Shown here: positions 40,153-53,055 of the stretch, in pieces
Layout of the letters: the number at the start of each line of letters is the position of its first letter
Numbering within the stretch: the first letter of the stretch is position 1
Origin: Centroscyllium fabricii
Taxonomy: Eukaryota
Length of the DNA: 64,000 nucleotides
NCBI GenBank assembly: GCA_051313645.2
Contig: JBNRSN020000028.1
Coordinates: forward strand, 43,648,001-43,712,000
Reading direction: 5' to 3'
Notes under the pieces: generated by a model
Database searches by the model: none
What the model was told of the DNA's origin: nothing
What the model saw: only the letters and a program-made list of their open reading frames with translations
Made by a program: the position numbers and the translations under genes

Positions 40153-40885
40153 GACTGGTTGAAATTTCCCCTCCGATCGCAACCGGTACTCCCGCAGCTA
40201 GCAACCGGAAGTAGCGGTTTCCCGCTTGCAGAGAAAATCGGCATTTACGAGACTCTGCCATTCGAAGCCAGAGTCCTGATTGCGTGGAGCGGAAATCAAG
40301 TCCCCCCGCAATTCACTTCGGACGACAGGTTGATTGATTCCCTGTGTGAAAATCTGTGTAGGTGCTTTTCCATTTGCACTTGTAAAAAGGAGGAGTAAAG
40401 CATCCATAACTTGAATCAGAGCAGAGGGTAAGTGATTGTTTTGACTTACAAATTAACTTATCCAAGTTGGACTTTTGGGTTATAGTGTTGTTTGGCCAGT
40501 AGGGAAGGGATTGTTTTGCCCTGGTAGTTATTTTAAACAAATTAAAAATCGGGTTTTCAGTGTGGTTTGTCCAGTAGGGTAGCGATTGCTTTGCCTGAAA
40601 AGTAATTTTACAAAAGTTATAAATGTGGTTTTCAGTCGTCTTAAATGTGCAAATGACTGTGTCATGCAGGCAGATTACATTCCTTTCAGGTCTGTATGTA
40701 TGAATTTCAAAAAATGATTTGGGAAATCATTTCGTGCCATGCTAATATACAGGTGTGTAACCACACCTTGCCCGCCACCATAGCACGAGCTGATTTTCTA
40801 CCCACTCACTTTACTACATTAACACATTTTTCCACTTTTTACTTACAGGTAATTCAATTTAAAGAGGAAGCCTGGGAGGGAGAAA

Positions 40886-42100
40886 TGATTAATGTGCTGA
40901 AGTTCTGGGCGTTTCAGCGGCGGAGAGAACTAATTATGAGGGTATTAATGAAAAGAAGAAAACGGAGGGAACAGGAAATAAAAATACGGAGGGAACAGGA
41001 AATAAGACATAAGGAACAGGAAATAAGACAGAGGGAACAGGAAAGAACAATGAGCAACCATCAGTGTCTCCTGATGAGGAGGAAGAGCTAGCCAGCCTAC
41101 AGAGTGTACAGCAAGAGAAGGACATTTGAGATGCTGTCGGAGGAGTTGTGTGTGAAGAGGCTGCGCTTCACTAAAGAGGTAATTGTTTGACTGTGTGAGA
41201 TGTTGAAAGATGACCTTCAATCACGCTCGAAAACCCGCACTGCGTTGTCAGTGAACTAGAAGTTGACCACAGCACTGAAGTTCTTCACAAGTGGGTCGTT
41301 TCAGGCAATCACTGGTTGCATAAGCAACATCTCCAAGAATGCTGCGAGGGCTGCATTCACCAGGTCACATATGCCATTTACCATACGTCTTCAGAGTTTA
41401 TTAAGTTTGATTGGTGAAGTCGCTGTCGGAAGGAGAGGAGGCTTGAAATTTATCGAATTGCTTGATTCCCCAAAGTGATTGGGGCCATCGAAGGAACCCA
41501 CATTGCATTGAAGACACCAGACAATGCACCTGTGACATACATTAACAGGAAGGGTTATCATTCATTGAATGTAATGATAATCTGTGATGCTCGCCTCATG
41601 ATCCTGTGCGTGAATGCAGTGAACCGCGGAAGTAATCATGACTCATCTGTCCTCCGTAACTCGAACGCATATGCTGACATAAACGCATTGGCTCCACGAC
41701 CTGGATGGTTATTGGGTGATACATGCTGCACGCTAAGACCATGCCTGATGACTCCCTAGGCAACACCAGCAATGAGGCTCAGGAGAGATATAACCAGGCA
41801 CATGTGTCCACAGGGCAAGTGGTGGAGAGGACACTTGTGGTTCTTAAATAATGCTTCCGGTGCTTGGACCGGTCAGGCGGGACCTTGCAGTATTCTCACC
41901 AGAAAGTGGGAAGGATTGTGATAGCCTGTTGTGTTTTGCATAACTTTGCCCTGCGAGAATGACTGATCCTAAACCGTGAAGAGGAGCTCCCCGCTGAAAT
42001 GGATGACATGGAAATGAACATGGACGATGAAAATGCGCCTTTTGCAAGGGCTGACGGGGCACAGGCAACAGCTGCCGAAAGTAAGGAAGTTCTAGCAGTT
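40886..42100 (+). pseudogene. Harbinger (HARBI1-like) transposase pseudogene
   Basis: Motifs RLRFTKE, TALKFFTSGSFQ, IGAIEGTHI, YINRKGYHSLNV, GSNHDS, WLLGD, VVERT, FRCLDRSGG and CCVLHNF occur across frames with stops and frameshifts. Confidence 0.9.
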
Positions 42101-42749
42101 TCACCAGATGACGATATCTGTCGCCTTGTAGCTCCCCTTCCCCCAGCAAGAAAAAGAAAGGAACAGACACAATATATAGTGGAACATTGTAATTTTATTG
42201 CATCATCAAACAGTTTTGAGCAACTTTGTTGCTGAATGTAGTTCGTTACTTATAAATGTTAACTAGTTTAAATGTGTAAACAGTTTAAACTGATTTTTCA
42301 ATTTTCTTAGTGCAATAAGGAGTAGATGGAAAATACCTATTTTATACATTGCATTTATTTATAAAATGATCTATTAACAAAAACTTTAGATGAACATAGT
42401 TTGAAAATTTCAAATGTTAACATACATGTCAAAGATTTATAGAATATTTCTTACCAGAAACCTTAGATTGCAACGTTCAAATGTTAACTGGCTAAAATTA
42501 TTTATGAAAAAAATATGCAAACAGTTTAAAGTGAATTTAAAGTTTTCTTCGAAAAGTAGTTGTTACAATTTTTTTTTTCAAAAATAAGGTTTTACATATT
42601 TAAAAAATCATTTCTACTTCTTGATCGTTATAAATAGCGAAACCCAACATTTAACATAACGAAAAATTGAAAAATTGAAACATTTGCCCCCCCCCCCCCC
42701 GTAAAATGTGTGCATGAGGGTCAAAGAGGTGCTTATTTGACACACTAAT

Positions 42750-44719
42750 GTTTCCTTTGCTTTTCCCGTCCCCGTGACTGGAGTGCTGTTCTGCCACTGG
42801 ATCGGCTCATGTTTGCCATCTGCTGCCCTTCAGCAATTGACTCCAGGCAGTCCTGCAGCATCTGTACTTAAGGAGCAGCTGTCTCCCGGGCATGCACTGC
42901 CTCTGCGCTGGGAGCAGGAAAGGGCGGGGCTGCGTGAGACAAAGATAGGTTCGTAGAAACTGTTTGCAGCAACTGAACCAGTCGACCAACAGAGTCATTA
43001 ATTAGATTAAGTGATGTTGTTATATTTACATCCAGCTTATCTAAATGAGATAATTGCTTCTCCATATGTAATTAAATTTTATCAATTGAACGTCATACTT
43101 TGTCAAATTTCTGGCCAAGGCTGACAATCCTTTCTACAAATTTATCACCCACCAAACACATCGCTTGGCTTAACCCATCAATGTTCACCATGTCAGAGTG
43201 CAAGCCCTTCTCTGTTACAATTTCTTCCGATCCTCCTGCCTGCACTGCAGTATCTGGCTGGTGTGTCTGTGTGGAACTGACAAGTGGTGTGCCTGGCACA
43301 GGACAAGATGGGCCAGCAGATGCTGTGCTACTGCCTAACATCTCATTGTCTATGCCCTCGGGCGGCACGGTGGCATAGTGGTTAGCACTGTTGCCTCACA
43401 GCACTGGAGACCCGGGTTCAAATCCAGCCTCGGGTACTATCTGTGTGGAGTTTGCACATTCTCCCCGTGTTTGCGTGGGTTTCCTCCGGGTGCTCCGGTT
43501 TCCTCCCACAGTCCAAAGATGTGCGGGTTAGGTTGATTGTCCATGATAAATTGACCCTTAGTGTTAGGGGTATTGAATATGTGGGGTTACGGGGATAGGG
43601 TGGGATATGTGTCGGTGCAGGTTCGATAGGGATCGAGGGATATGGGGAGAGGGCAGGGGCGGGGTGCTGGGTTTGGATGATCAGTCATGATCTCATTGAA
43701 TGGCAGAGCAGGCTCGAACGGCCGAATGGCCTACTCCTGCTCCTATCTTCTATGTTTCTATGTTTCTATCACCACTAGCTGCAAGGCCACAATTTCCTCC
43801 ACCTCCTCCTCCTCTGGCAGCACCAAACTCACTGCATCAGCTGCACCTATCGCAATGCCCTCCGTGCCCGTAGACTCAATGCTCCGCTCAGCTTCTATGT
43901 TGGAGGAATGATGTCCATCTTTGGAAAGGAAACAGTAAGGATTAGTAAAGGTGAAGCAGGATCTGCCACATCACAAAGGCTGATATTCACCTTAAAACCC
44001 AAAGATGTAGCTGGCCACAGCAACTCACGTTCAGCTGCTGATGCTGAGCCTTTGTTTAAGCCTTCGGGGGGAGAAACTTCAGCAAATTGATACAGCTGAT
44101 GCACCCTTTCCTCATGCTCGGTCAACTCCTTTAGCAAGGCTGGGCCACTACGTGTCTTTGAGCGTTCTCCAGCATAGTGACTGTTTTTACTCTGAAATGC
44201 AAACATAAAGCAGTTCATCAGGAAGATTCAGCTCAGTCTGCAAGAAAATATACATTTCAAACAGTATCTGCAGTATTTTATTATAGGATCAAAGTGTTAT
44301 TTAAATCCTTGTGTAGCTCTAGCTTTGACATCCAGATAAGAGAAAAATAGATGGCCCTGTCTAGCCTGTAAGCCCTAAACTTTTATTGCATCTTTGTTGC
44401 CTCAACAGATAGCAGTTGTCCAACTAACTTTTAAAATACAGTTAAGTACTCTAATACTGCACAAACCTTAACAGATCTCAACAAATCACTAAATTTCTTG
44501 CGGCATTGTTCCATTGTACGTGTCGTGCAGGAGTTTGCACTGACAGACTGGGCAACCACCGACCAGGCGATAGTTTGTCCTTTTTGTGGCGCACTTGACT
44601 TTCCAGTACTGATGATCCGTAATCTCTTCGCCTCAACCTCGGTGAGGAGATTGGTTTAGGTCATCGTCAGAGAAATTAAGACTTCTTTTAATGAAGTTCA
44701 CAGAGCTACTTTCTGCCAT
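42750..44719 (-). pseudogene. Harbinger Myb/SANT-like DNA-binding protein gene (exon 1 44719-44467, exon 2 from 44191), decayed
   Basis: MAESS..NFSDDDL..LLTEVE..AWSVVAQSVSANSCTTRTMEQCRKKFSDL, then a GT..AG intron, then SKNSHYAGERSKTRSGP. It has a frameshift and a SINE insertion. 3' end approximate. Confidence 0.8.
43360..43769 (+). mobile_element. Full-length HE1/V-SINE-type tRNA-derived SINE
   Basis: tRNA-like head with A box (TGGCATAGTGG) and B box (GGTTCAAATCC), V-domain-like GTGGGTTTCCTCCGGGTGCTCCGGTTTCCTCCCAC, and CR1-like tail GGCCGAATGGCC..(TTCTATGT)n. Confidence 0.92.
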
Positions 44720-46850
44720 TTCACCTTCACATTTAAACAAAATTATGATAGAACAATTTCAGGGCTTTTAAAAGTATTTAAATGTCATCAAATCTCTTTA
44801 AAACTATGTTAAATAATTAAAATAACTGTAAAAGTCTTAAAACGTTTGTTAAACTTAGCTAACCATTGTTAAAAATACAAATACAACACTTAACTTTTGG
44901 CCGAAATGATGAGCTGTGCTGCTGCTGGCTTCTGCTGTCTGTTCCACCTGAAAGGAGCGTGTCCATTTAAATGCGACCTTCGTGGGCGGGGCCTAGCACT
45001 TGCATCACGCACGAAGGTTCGCACACGCTGAACGCCTGGGCAGCGTGACGTCAGACGCTGCCCAGGACTCCATGGGAAAAATACAAAAGACTTCCCCGAG
45101 AAAACCGCAAAAGTCAAGTGCGCTGGCTAAGTGCAGATCAGAGCCTTGCACCCGCAACAAGCACCAGACTCTAATTTTTGGGCCAACACTGATCTCAATT
45201 CGCACGCTGATCACAATAAAAAAGAGCAGGACGTTTAAACCCACGAGCCTTACTACCATTAGATCCAATCTGTGAACCAGTTCCGTTTGCAGCCCCTTGC
45301 TCCTGACCACTTAATACGTGTGGTTAACAAACACTTATTAATCTCAAGTTGACAATTGGCACAGCTTTAACTGCTGTTTTTAGAAGTGTGTTATAAATAC
45401 TTGCCACATTCACTTTCACTTCTCTCCTGAAGGACTTGGATCTAATATTGTTTCTATGTCCCTTACTCCTTGACGGTTCAATGGCCAGGAATACCTTCTC
45501 GCTGTCGACAGTATCAGTTCCACATAATAGCCTGAATACTTCAATCAAATCACCAAATAATCTTGTACATTCCATGGAATATAATCCTAGTTTGTGCAAT
45601 CTCCCATTGTAAATTTTCTCTTTGAACTCTATGTATCATTCTGTTAAATCTACCTTTCAATTTTTATTCCTAATAATACGTTCCTCAGGCAAATGCCCAG
45701 AACTGTACACAGCACTGCAGGTGTGGTCTAATCCGAGCTTTGGTGTGCTGTGGAATAAATTCTCCCTCTGATATTGTAATCCTGCAGATAACGGTATCAC
45801 CTTTCAGTTAGCATTTGTGAATCATTTCTGTACCTGTTCATGACCATTAAATGATATATGTACATGGCCCTTCAGTCTATTTGAATCTCAGCTTTTTCCA
45901 GTTTAACAGAATAACGAGTGTATTCTAGGCGCACCTTTTACATCCGAAATGAATGACGTCACACTTGCCAATATTTAAATAAATTTGTCAAACAATTGCC
46001 CAAATCTGAATCTATGAATATCTGGTCAAATTTTAAACATCCACCTAGTCTCCTTTTAATGCCGCCTGTCTTTTTTGTCACCGTCAAACTGGGATGTGTG
46101 CCACTCAGCCGTACCAAGTAATTCGGTGATAAAATCGAGGAATATTTGAGGTCCCTAGCGAAGTAACTCAGAGAAACCGCTTCTTCTATCCTGCCAATTA
46201 AATTTGCTGATCATTATCCGTAAGCTTTGTCTCCTGTCGTGCAAAGAATTTCCTAACCAGGACAATAATTTGACTTCACTTCCACGAGCTTCCACTTTAG
46301 TGAGATGTCAATTATGCGGGACATGATAAAATGTAATTTGCTCCATGTCTACTCGCTAATAATCATGTGTTAACTGGGACTCATAATCCTCTTTGGTTCA
46401 CAACAGTGAATAGCTTCCAATTATTTAGAAAATAACCCAAACTATCTTAATTTGTTCCAAAGTGGATGGTGTCACACATGCCCAGTGTGAACACCATTTG
46501 CCTTTATTTTGCTGCCTTACTCCGTCTGTCTCTGTCTCTTTTTTTACCTCAATTTCCGATTAGGACTAATAACGGACCTTCAAACTGAGTGCGATCTTCA
46601 AACTAGCATCTACAGCAACCTTTTGCTCCATCCAAGTCAATCACACGTGTAACATCTTATTCCGTTGCTAAACAGCATGTAGTTTGTGGGACGGAGAATA
46701 TTTCTGAAATGATGGCGGTTTAAGGCAGTCAGACTGCATTTCTGGTAGAAATCCGCTGTACAGGCTGGATTATAGACGAGAAAATTGACTTTGTAGGAGG
46801 TGCAATGATGCACTGCAGCCAATAAAAGTCTTGAGTTTTGTTCGCCAAGA

Positions 46851-46923
46851 CCCCGGATAGCTCAGTCGGTAGAGCATCAGACTTTTAATATGAGTGTCCA
46901 AAGTTCAAGTCGCTGTTCAGGCG
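46851..46923 (+). pseudogene. tRNA-Lys(UUU) pseudogene, last copy of the array
   Basis: 5' half nearly canonical. 3' half has many stem-breaking substitutions. Confidence 0.85.
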
Positions 46924-47266
46924 TTGATTTTAAATCACGGCACTCATCTCATAATTCGTACTCTGATCATTTAACAATGAGAATGAGAGCAGAAGGAGAC
47001 CATTTAAACCCTCGAGCCTTTCTACCATTCAATTAAATCTGTGATGACAGCTCTTCCCTCCTGATCGCTTCATAATCAAGGTTAACGATCAATCTCAATT
47101 TTAATATTGACCTTTGACACAGCTTTAACTGCTTTTTGCGGAAGTGTCTTACAAATACTTCTCACATATATTTCTCTCCTGAAGTGCTTGGTCCTAATGT
47201 TGAGGCTACGTCCCTTACTCCGAGACGGTTCAATCATCAGGAATACCTTCACGCTGTCGACACTAT

Positions 47267-48022
47267 GGGGGCGAATTTGGTCTGCCCATGTCTTGTGGCG
47301 CTGACCTCGGTGCTGCGATATTGTTTGTGCCAGCTCATTGGCGCTGTTCGGTCCGAAATTCCCCTGCATCACCCATAATGGGAGGGCGGGCAATGAAGCA
47401 TGCGGCCCCCTCACTCTTGGTGCGAAGCATCCGAATGTCCGGTCGCTGGCGCCTCGCTAGACCGGGAGCGCATAGCGGCGACCCACGGTACTGCAGGCAT
47501 TCCTCCCCATTAAAGGGGAGGGGCCCAGCGCGGCTGCGACCGGGGGCCCGTGGGGCGGCCCTGGAACCAGAATTGCCAGAAGGAGCCCGGCACGGAAATG
47601 AATTTGCCGGGCTCTGACGCCGGAGACCTGACCCGGCCGTCGGAATAGCGGGGGAGGCTGGGGTAGGCCGAGGGAGATGGAGCTTGCAGCTGGCCAGCGA
47701 TATAAATGGCCGACAGCCACACGTCCCTTTAAGCAGTGCTCCCCCGCTGCTTTTGCCGCCCCAAAAAGCTGGCGCAGGCAGCGCCCAGCGAGAAATCAAC
47801 AGGCTCTGTCCAATTTAGGTCGCGGGAGCCTCCCAGGCACTGTGCGGGCTGATAACGTCATTCCCGACGTCCAGCTGGGCACTAAATTCGTTGGGGCGCT
47901 ACCAGTTAGCCCGCAACTTAGCGATCACCTGAATTTCACGCTGAGCGCGAGCGCTGACGCTGCTTCTTTAGCTCCCGAATTAAGCTCGAACTGGCCGGCG
48001 CTAGACCGCCAATTTCGCGCCC
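47267..48022. mobile_element. GC-rich non-autonomous Harbinger-type MITE
   Basis: Termini GGGGGCGAATTTGG / CCAATTTCGCGCCC are imperfect TIRs. 3-bp TSD TAT at 47264-47266 and 48023-48025. Splits the monomer sequence TCGACA-TAT-CAGTTCCAC. Confidence 0.85.
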
Positions 48023-48194
48023 TATCAGTTCCACTTAATATCGTCAATACTTCAATCAAATCACCACTTAAGCTTCTACATTTCGGTGATATAACCCAAG
48101 TTTCTGCAGTGTCCCATGGTAAATTGTCCCTTTCAACTCCATGTATCATTCTGTTAAATCTGCGCTTAAACTGGTTTCCTAAGTTGAAATGTCC

Positions 48195-49525
48195 AGAATA
48201 TAAAGTAGTCAAATCTAATGGGAGGATCTAAGATTTGGAAGCATTTAAAAGCCAGCAAAGTATAACTTAAATATTAATTAAGAAATTGAAGATAGATTAT
48301 GAAAGTAAACTCGCAAGAAATATAAGCACAGATAGCAGGGATTTCTACAGTTACATAAAAATAAAAAGTTTGGCTGAAGTGAATGTTGGTCCCAGAGAGG
48401 ACGAGGACGAGCTCGGGAATTTAGTGGTGGGGAACATGGAGATGGCAGAAACGCTGACCAAATATTTTATATCAATCTTTACAGTCGAGGACACTAAAAA
48501 TATCGCAACACTGGACACACAGGGGTATGGGGGAGGGGGGGGGGGGTCGAGCTAAAGACCCTTACAATCACTAAGCAGGTGGTACTCGGTTAAATAATGG
48601 GACTAAAGGCGGATCAATCCCCTGGACCTGATGGCTTACATTCTAAGATATTGAGTGAGGTAGCGGAAGGGATTGTGGTTGCATTGGAGGTAATTTCCCA
48701 AAATGCCCTGGATTCAGAAAAGTTCCCAACAGATTGGGAAACTGCTAATGTTTAAAAAGGGAGGCAGACAAAAAGCTGGAAACTATAGACCAGTTAGCCT
48801 ACCATCTGTGTTTGGTAAAATGTTGCAGTCCATTAATAAGGAAGCAGCAACAGGACGTTTGGATAATTCAGCAGGGTTTTACGGAGGGGAAGTAGTGTTT
48901 CACACATTTTATCGAATTATTTGAGGACGTAACAAACAGGGTGGATAAAGGGTAACCAATTGATCTGATTTATTTGGACATCCATAAGGCATTTGACAAG
49001 GTGCCACACAAATGATTACTGCACAAGATAAAGCAATCACGGGATTGGGTGCAATGTACTGGCATGTGTGGAGGATTGGCTATCTAACAGTAAACGGAGG
49101 TTTGAGAAAAATGGTCCATTCTCTGGTTGGTAATCAGTAACTAGTGGTGTTCCGCAGGGTTCGTTGCTGGGACCCCACATCTATATAATCTATGTTAACG
49201 ATTTGGAGGAAGGGACTGACTGCAACGTATCCAAGTTTGCCGACGATGCAAAGATAGGAGGGGATGCAGTGAATGAGGAGCACATAAAACATGCAAAGTG
49301 ACATAGACTGGCTAAGTGAGTTTGTAAACAATTGGCAGAACGAATATAATGTTGGAAAGTGTGAGGTTATGCACTTTGGCAGAGAAAATCAAGTGCAAGT
49401 TATTTTCCAAATATCGAAGAACTACGAAGTGCTACAGTACAAAGGGAGCTGGGGATCCTGGTGCATGGACACAGAAGGTAAGTCTGCAGGTACAGCCGGT
49501 GATCAGGAAGGCCAATGGAATCTTG
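48195..49525 (+). mobile_element. Old CR1 LINE ORF2 fragment
   Basis: DYESKLARNI, SPGPDG, GNYRPVSL, GVPQGS, SKFADD and NVGKCEVMHFG occur in broken frames. Confidence 0.92.
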
Positions 49526-50734
49526 GGCGGGCCTCCGATGACACCACACCTGTTTACACCTACCGCAAGTGTTACGTTCCGCCCACTATGTGACTCCAGT
49601 ATCTCTTGTTTCCCAGTTGCAAGTCCTGACTTGCTTTTACACCAAGAGACTGATCAGGATCTGGTCATTGTATCTGAAAATATAATTGTTAACAGAGAGT
49701 AAAATTATTTAGAGCAGCGCGATATTCCCTATTCACGACCACCCACTGGAAAAACACTGCTTTCAGCATTTTCTGATTCTGCCTTTCAGGGGCAGCGAGA
49801 GACTTCCGGTGGGGACTGCAGCATCTCAGCAATGGTGAACATCAGAACATTTGCAGGTCTCCCAGGCACAAGGCGCACCCCCTCAACAAGAGGCCCAGTG
49901 CCCGGCATCGCGATTGTCAATTAACATGTCAACATTTCAATATTATCCCGGGAGAACTTGTGTTTGTAAATAGCCATATAGAGAAATGTGTTCTAACGGA
50001 GAGGGGCATCCTTCCTCATGTTGTTTAGTTTATTTCCAATGTAATTTAATCGATCCTGGTCTTGGATGAATCGCTGCTTCTGCACAGCCCGTGTGCGAGT
50101 TGTAAATCTGCCGAATTTAACAGAATTCTAACGATTCATTAATCACGACTATGGGGGATGCGGCACGATTTCGAAAATAATCCTGAATAAACTGGACTTT
50201 CACACTGCGAAACTCCTACATGGTTGCTTGTTCGACCGAACAAACTGATCATTGATATTTACCGAGGCGGTGTCACCTGACCACCAGGACACTGTGATTA
50301 ATAAACGTTGCAGAACTGAGTCTGTATGTTCAGCTAACCGGACACGGGTTTAGGAAGATGCAAATATGTGAAAAGGTTAAAAGCGACGGTGGGCTCGAAA
50401 ACAGCCTTGATCCACCCAAACCCCACCCGAACATCTTCACCTTGAGCCGGCTGTGCGGAAACTGCACATGCCCCCGTCCAGAGTCAGAAACAACGCGGAG
50501 TTGCTGCCCCATTGATCATGTGTCACGCCTCCTGACTTCACTAATGGTAAAATATTATTACTGTGAACGTAACGTCCTCGCCACCATGTGGGTGTTCAAC
50601 CCTTTCATCTATATCATCCCTTCTCTCTGCTCAAAGCCCGGACTTGTCGGTCATTCCTGCTTTCCAACCGGTTAAGTGATGTTCGGTGTCAAGGTTCTGC
50701 TTCATTGACTGTGATCCGTTACTCCAGGGAAGAG

Positions 50735-51617
50735 ACTGCCGCGCCCTCCATCTTTCCCAGTCACTCTTCTTTCATGATGAGACTCATAGAACCTTCAGAC
50801 CTGTTTCCGGGCCCGTTCGCTACTATATCAGGGTGAAGTCCATGAGCTCTCGCCCCCAGAACTCTGTGCGGGCCCGCTGGCTCCTATATCAGAGTGAGAG
50901 CATAGAGCCCCCATCCCCAGCTCTCCGGCCTGTCCTACTCGCTCCTTTATCAGAGTGAGCACCATGAGGCCTCGCTCCCAGCACTCCGGCCTGGCCCAGT
51001 CTCTCCTATGTCAGAGTGAGCACATTGAACCCTAGCCCCCAGTTCTCATGCTTATCCTACTTTCTCCTATTCCAGGGTGAGCAACATGATCCCTCGCACC
51101 TAATTCTGCAGACTGGCCCATTTGTTCCTATATCAGAGGGAGTAACATGAGCCCTCGCACCTAGGTTTCCAGACTGGCCCATTTGTTCCTTTAGCAGAGG
51201 GAGCCACATGAGCGCTCGCTCACAGCTCTCCGTTCGGGCCCAACCACTCCGACATCAGAGAGTGTACATTGAGCCATCGCCCCCAGCAATCCGAAATGGC
51301 CCAGTCGCTCCTATATCAGAGTGAACAACATGAACCCTCGCCTCCAGCACACCGGCCTGTCTCACTTGCGTTTATTTTAGAGTGAAAACCATGAACCCAC
51401 GACCTCTGACCTACAGCCTGGCATATTGGATCTTCTATCAGTCTCAGCACCATGAACCCTCGCCCCCAGTTATTCGGCCTAGTCCACTCGCTCCTATACC
51501 AGTGCGAGCACCATGAGCCCTCGCCCTCAGCTATTAGGCCTCGCCAAATCACACCTATATCAGAGTAAACACAATGACCTCACGCCCCCAGCCCTCCTTC
51601 ATGGCCCAGTCGCTCCT
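50735..51617. repeat. Diverged ~61-bp minisatellite, about 14 units
   Basis: Approximate consensus CATGAGCCCTCGCCCCCAGCTCTCCGGCCTGGCCCAGTCGCTCCTATATCAGAGTGAGCAC recurs at ~50841, 50901, 50963, 51023, 51085, 51146 and onward. Confidence 0.88.
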
Positions 51618-52021
51618 GGGCGGCACGGTGGCATAGTGGTTAGCACTGTTGCCTTACAGCATCAGAGCCACTGGTTCAAATCCAGCCTCGGGTACTATCT
51701 CTGTGGAGTGTGCACATACTCCCCATGTCTGCGTGGGTTTCCTCCGGGTGCTCCGGTTTCCACCCACAGTCCAAAGATGTGCGGGTTAGGTTGATTGGCC
51801 ATGATAAGTTGACCCGTATTTTTAGGGGGATTAAATATGTGGGGTTACGAGGATAGGGTGGGATTTGTGTCGGTGCAGGCTCGATAGGGATCGAGGGATA
51901 TGGGGAGAAAGCAGGAACAGGGTACTGGGTTTGGATGATCAGCCATGATCTCATTGAATGGCGGAGCAGGCTCGAAGGGCCGAATGGCCTGCTCCTATCT
52001 TCTATGTTTCTATGTTTCTAT
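51618..52021 (+). mobile_element. Full-length HE1/V-SINE-type SINE
   Basis: Highly similar to 43360-43769 from the GGGCGGCACGGTGG head to the TTCTAT tail. Confidence 0.92.
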
Positions 52022-53055
52022 AATGGTGCTATACACGTGAATGCCCGCTGGCTTCCCCACCCGACATTTTGCCAAATGTGCGTTGCATAAAATAACAAAC
52101 TCGAGAATTTGTCATTCTTTTAGGGCATACGTAAAATTTCAAGCTATGATGTAGGCATGATGCCGCATACACAATTTGGCCTGTCCATAATGCACCACAC
52201 TTCTCTGAAGGTCCTATCATCTTGCTATCTGATGCAGCATGGGCCTGTAGTTCACGACGGATATTCAGCTGTTGCTGCAGGGAAATGTCTTTAGTTCATC
52301 AGAGGAAGCCTCAGATTGTTGTTCACAGGCACGTGCTCATTTGGCGATCAGCAGCAGGTCTGATTAGCTGGCCCAACATCTAATGGATAAGTAACACTCA
52401 GGACATTTTTCAGCGTCTGTTTTATCAACCAGAGAAGATTAAAATGTAAATCTCTTCATTACCCTCGCCAAGTGCTACCTTCCTAACAGTTCGAAATGCG
52501 TATGAGTAATTTCTCCCTGCCATTACATGCAATATGGCTTTGAAATACATCACTGGGAGGTAGGAATTCAGGGGTTGAAACTGGTCATTGTTGCGCCAAT
52601 TTTACCTGCAGAAAATGGGGACAGAAAGGACAAGTTTCGAGAAGCAGAAACCAGCGCCAAAGTTTCATATGCGTTACCGGCACCGCCATTTTATTATTAG
52701 CAGTATTTCCTAAGAAGGGATGTTTTCAAACTTCCATCAACAGTCAGAGTTTTGGGACAATCATTAACTATCTCTAATCTCCTCAAATGAATAACTTCAA
52801 TAAATGAAGGTTGTGCGTTTTATAATCGTCCTTTCTCCTCACCCACTCCTCCCCCCTGTTGGTCTAGTGAATGGAGCCGGAGATGACTGCCTGGGTGCCA
52901 AACACAACTGATAAAAAATAGTTAAACTCATCCACTAATTGTTCAGCCTCGGACCGCCAGTAATGAGCTGAATTCGGCGGTAGTACTCACGACACATGCA
53001 GCCGGTCTGTATTGTATTTAATCCGATTATAACGGCGTGCTCCTTTCGAACGCAG

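Larger units (their letters stand above)
40156..45184. mobile_element. PIF/Harbinger DNA transposon (two convergent genes, decayed)
   Basis: Interrupts the monomer, which resumes at AACACTGATCTC ~45185. Contains a DDE transposase on + and a Myb/SANT-like gene on -. Terminal inverted repeats (TIRs) are only weakly recognisable. Confidence 0.88.

Noticed and set aside
41263-41960. Host HARBI1 gene
   Set aside because: Multiple stops and frameshifts, an altered catalytic Asp, and a convergent Myb partner inside an insertion indicate a dead transposon.
47288-48231. GC-rich ORFs of 109-184 aa
   Set aside because: They fall inside the MITE, where stop-codon scarcity reflects GC content. No domain motifs are present.
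50735-51617. CRISPR-like array
   Set aside because: Units are homologous along their whole length with no unique spacers, and there are no cas genes.
52566-52990. Possible additional Harbinger MITE remnant (GGGGTTGAAACTGG...)
   Set aside because: No matching second TIR or TSD could be identified.
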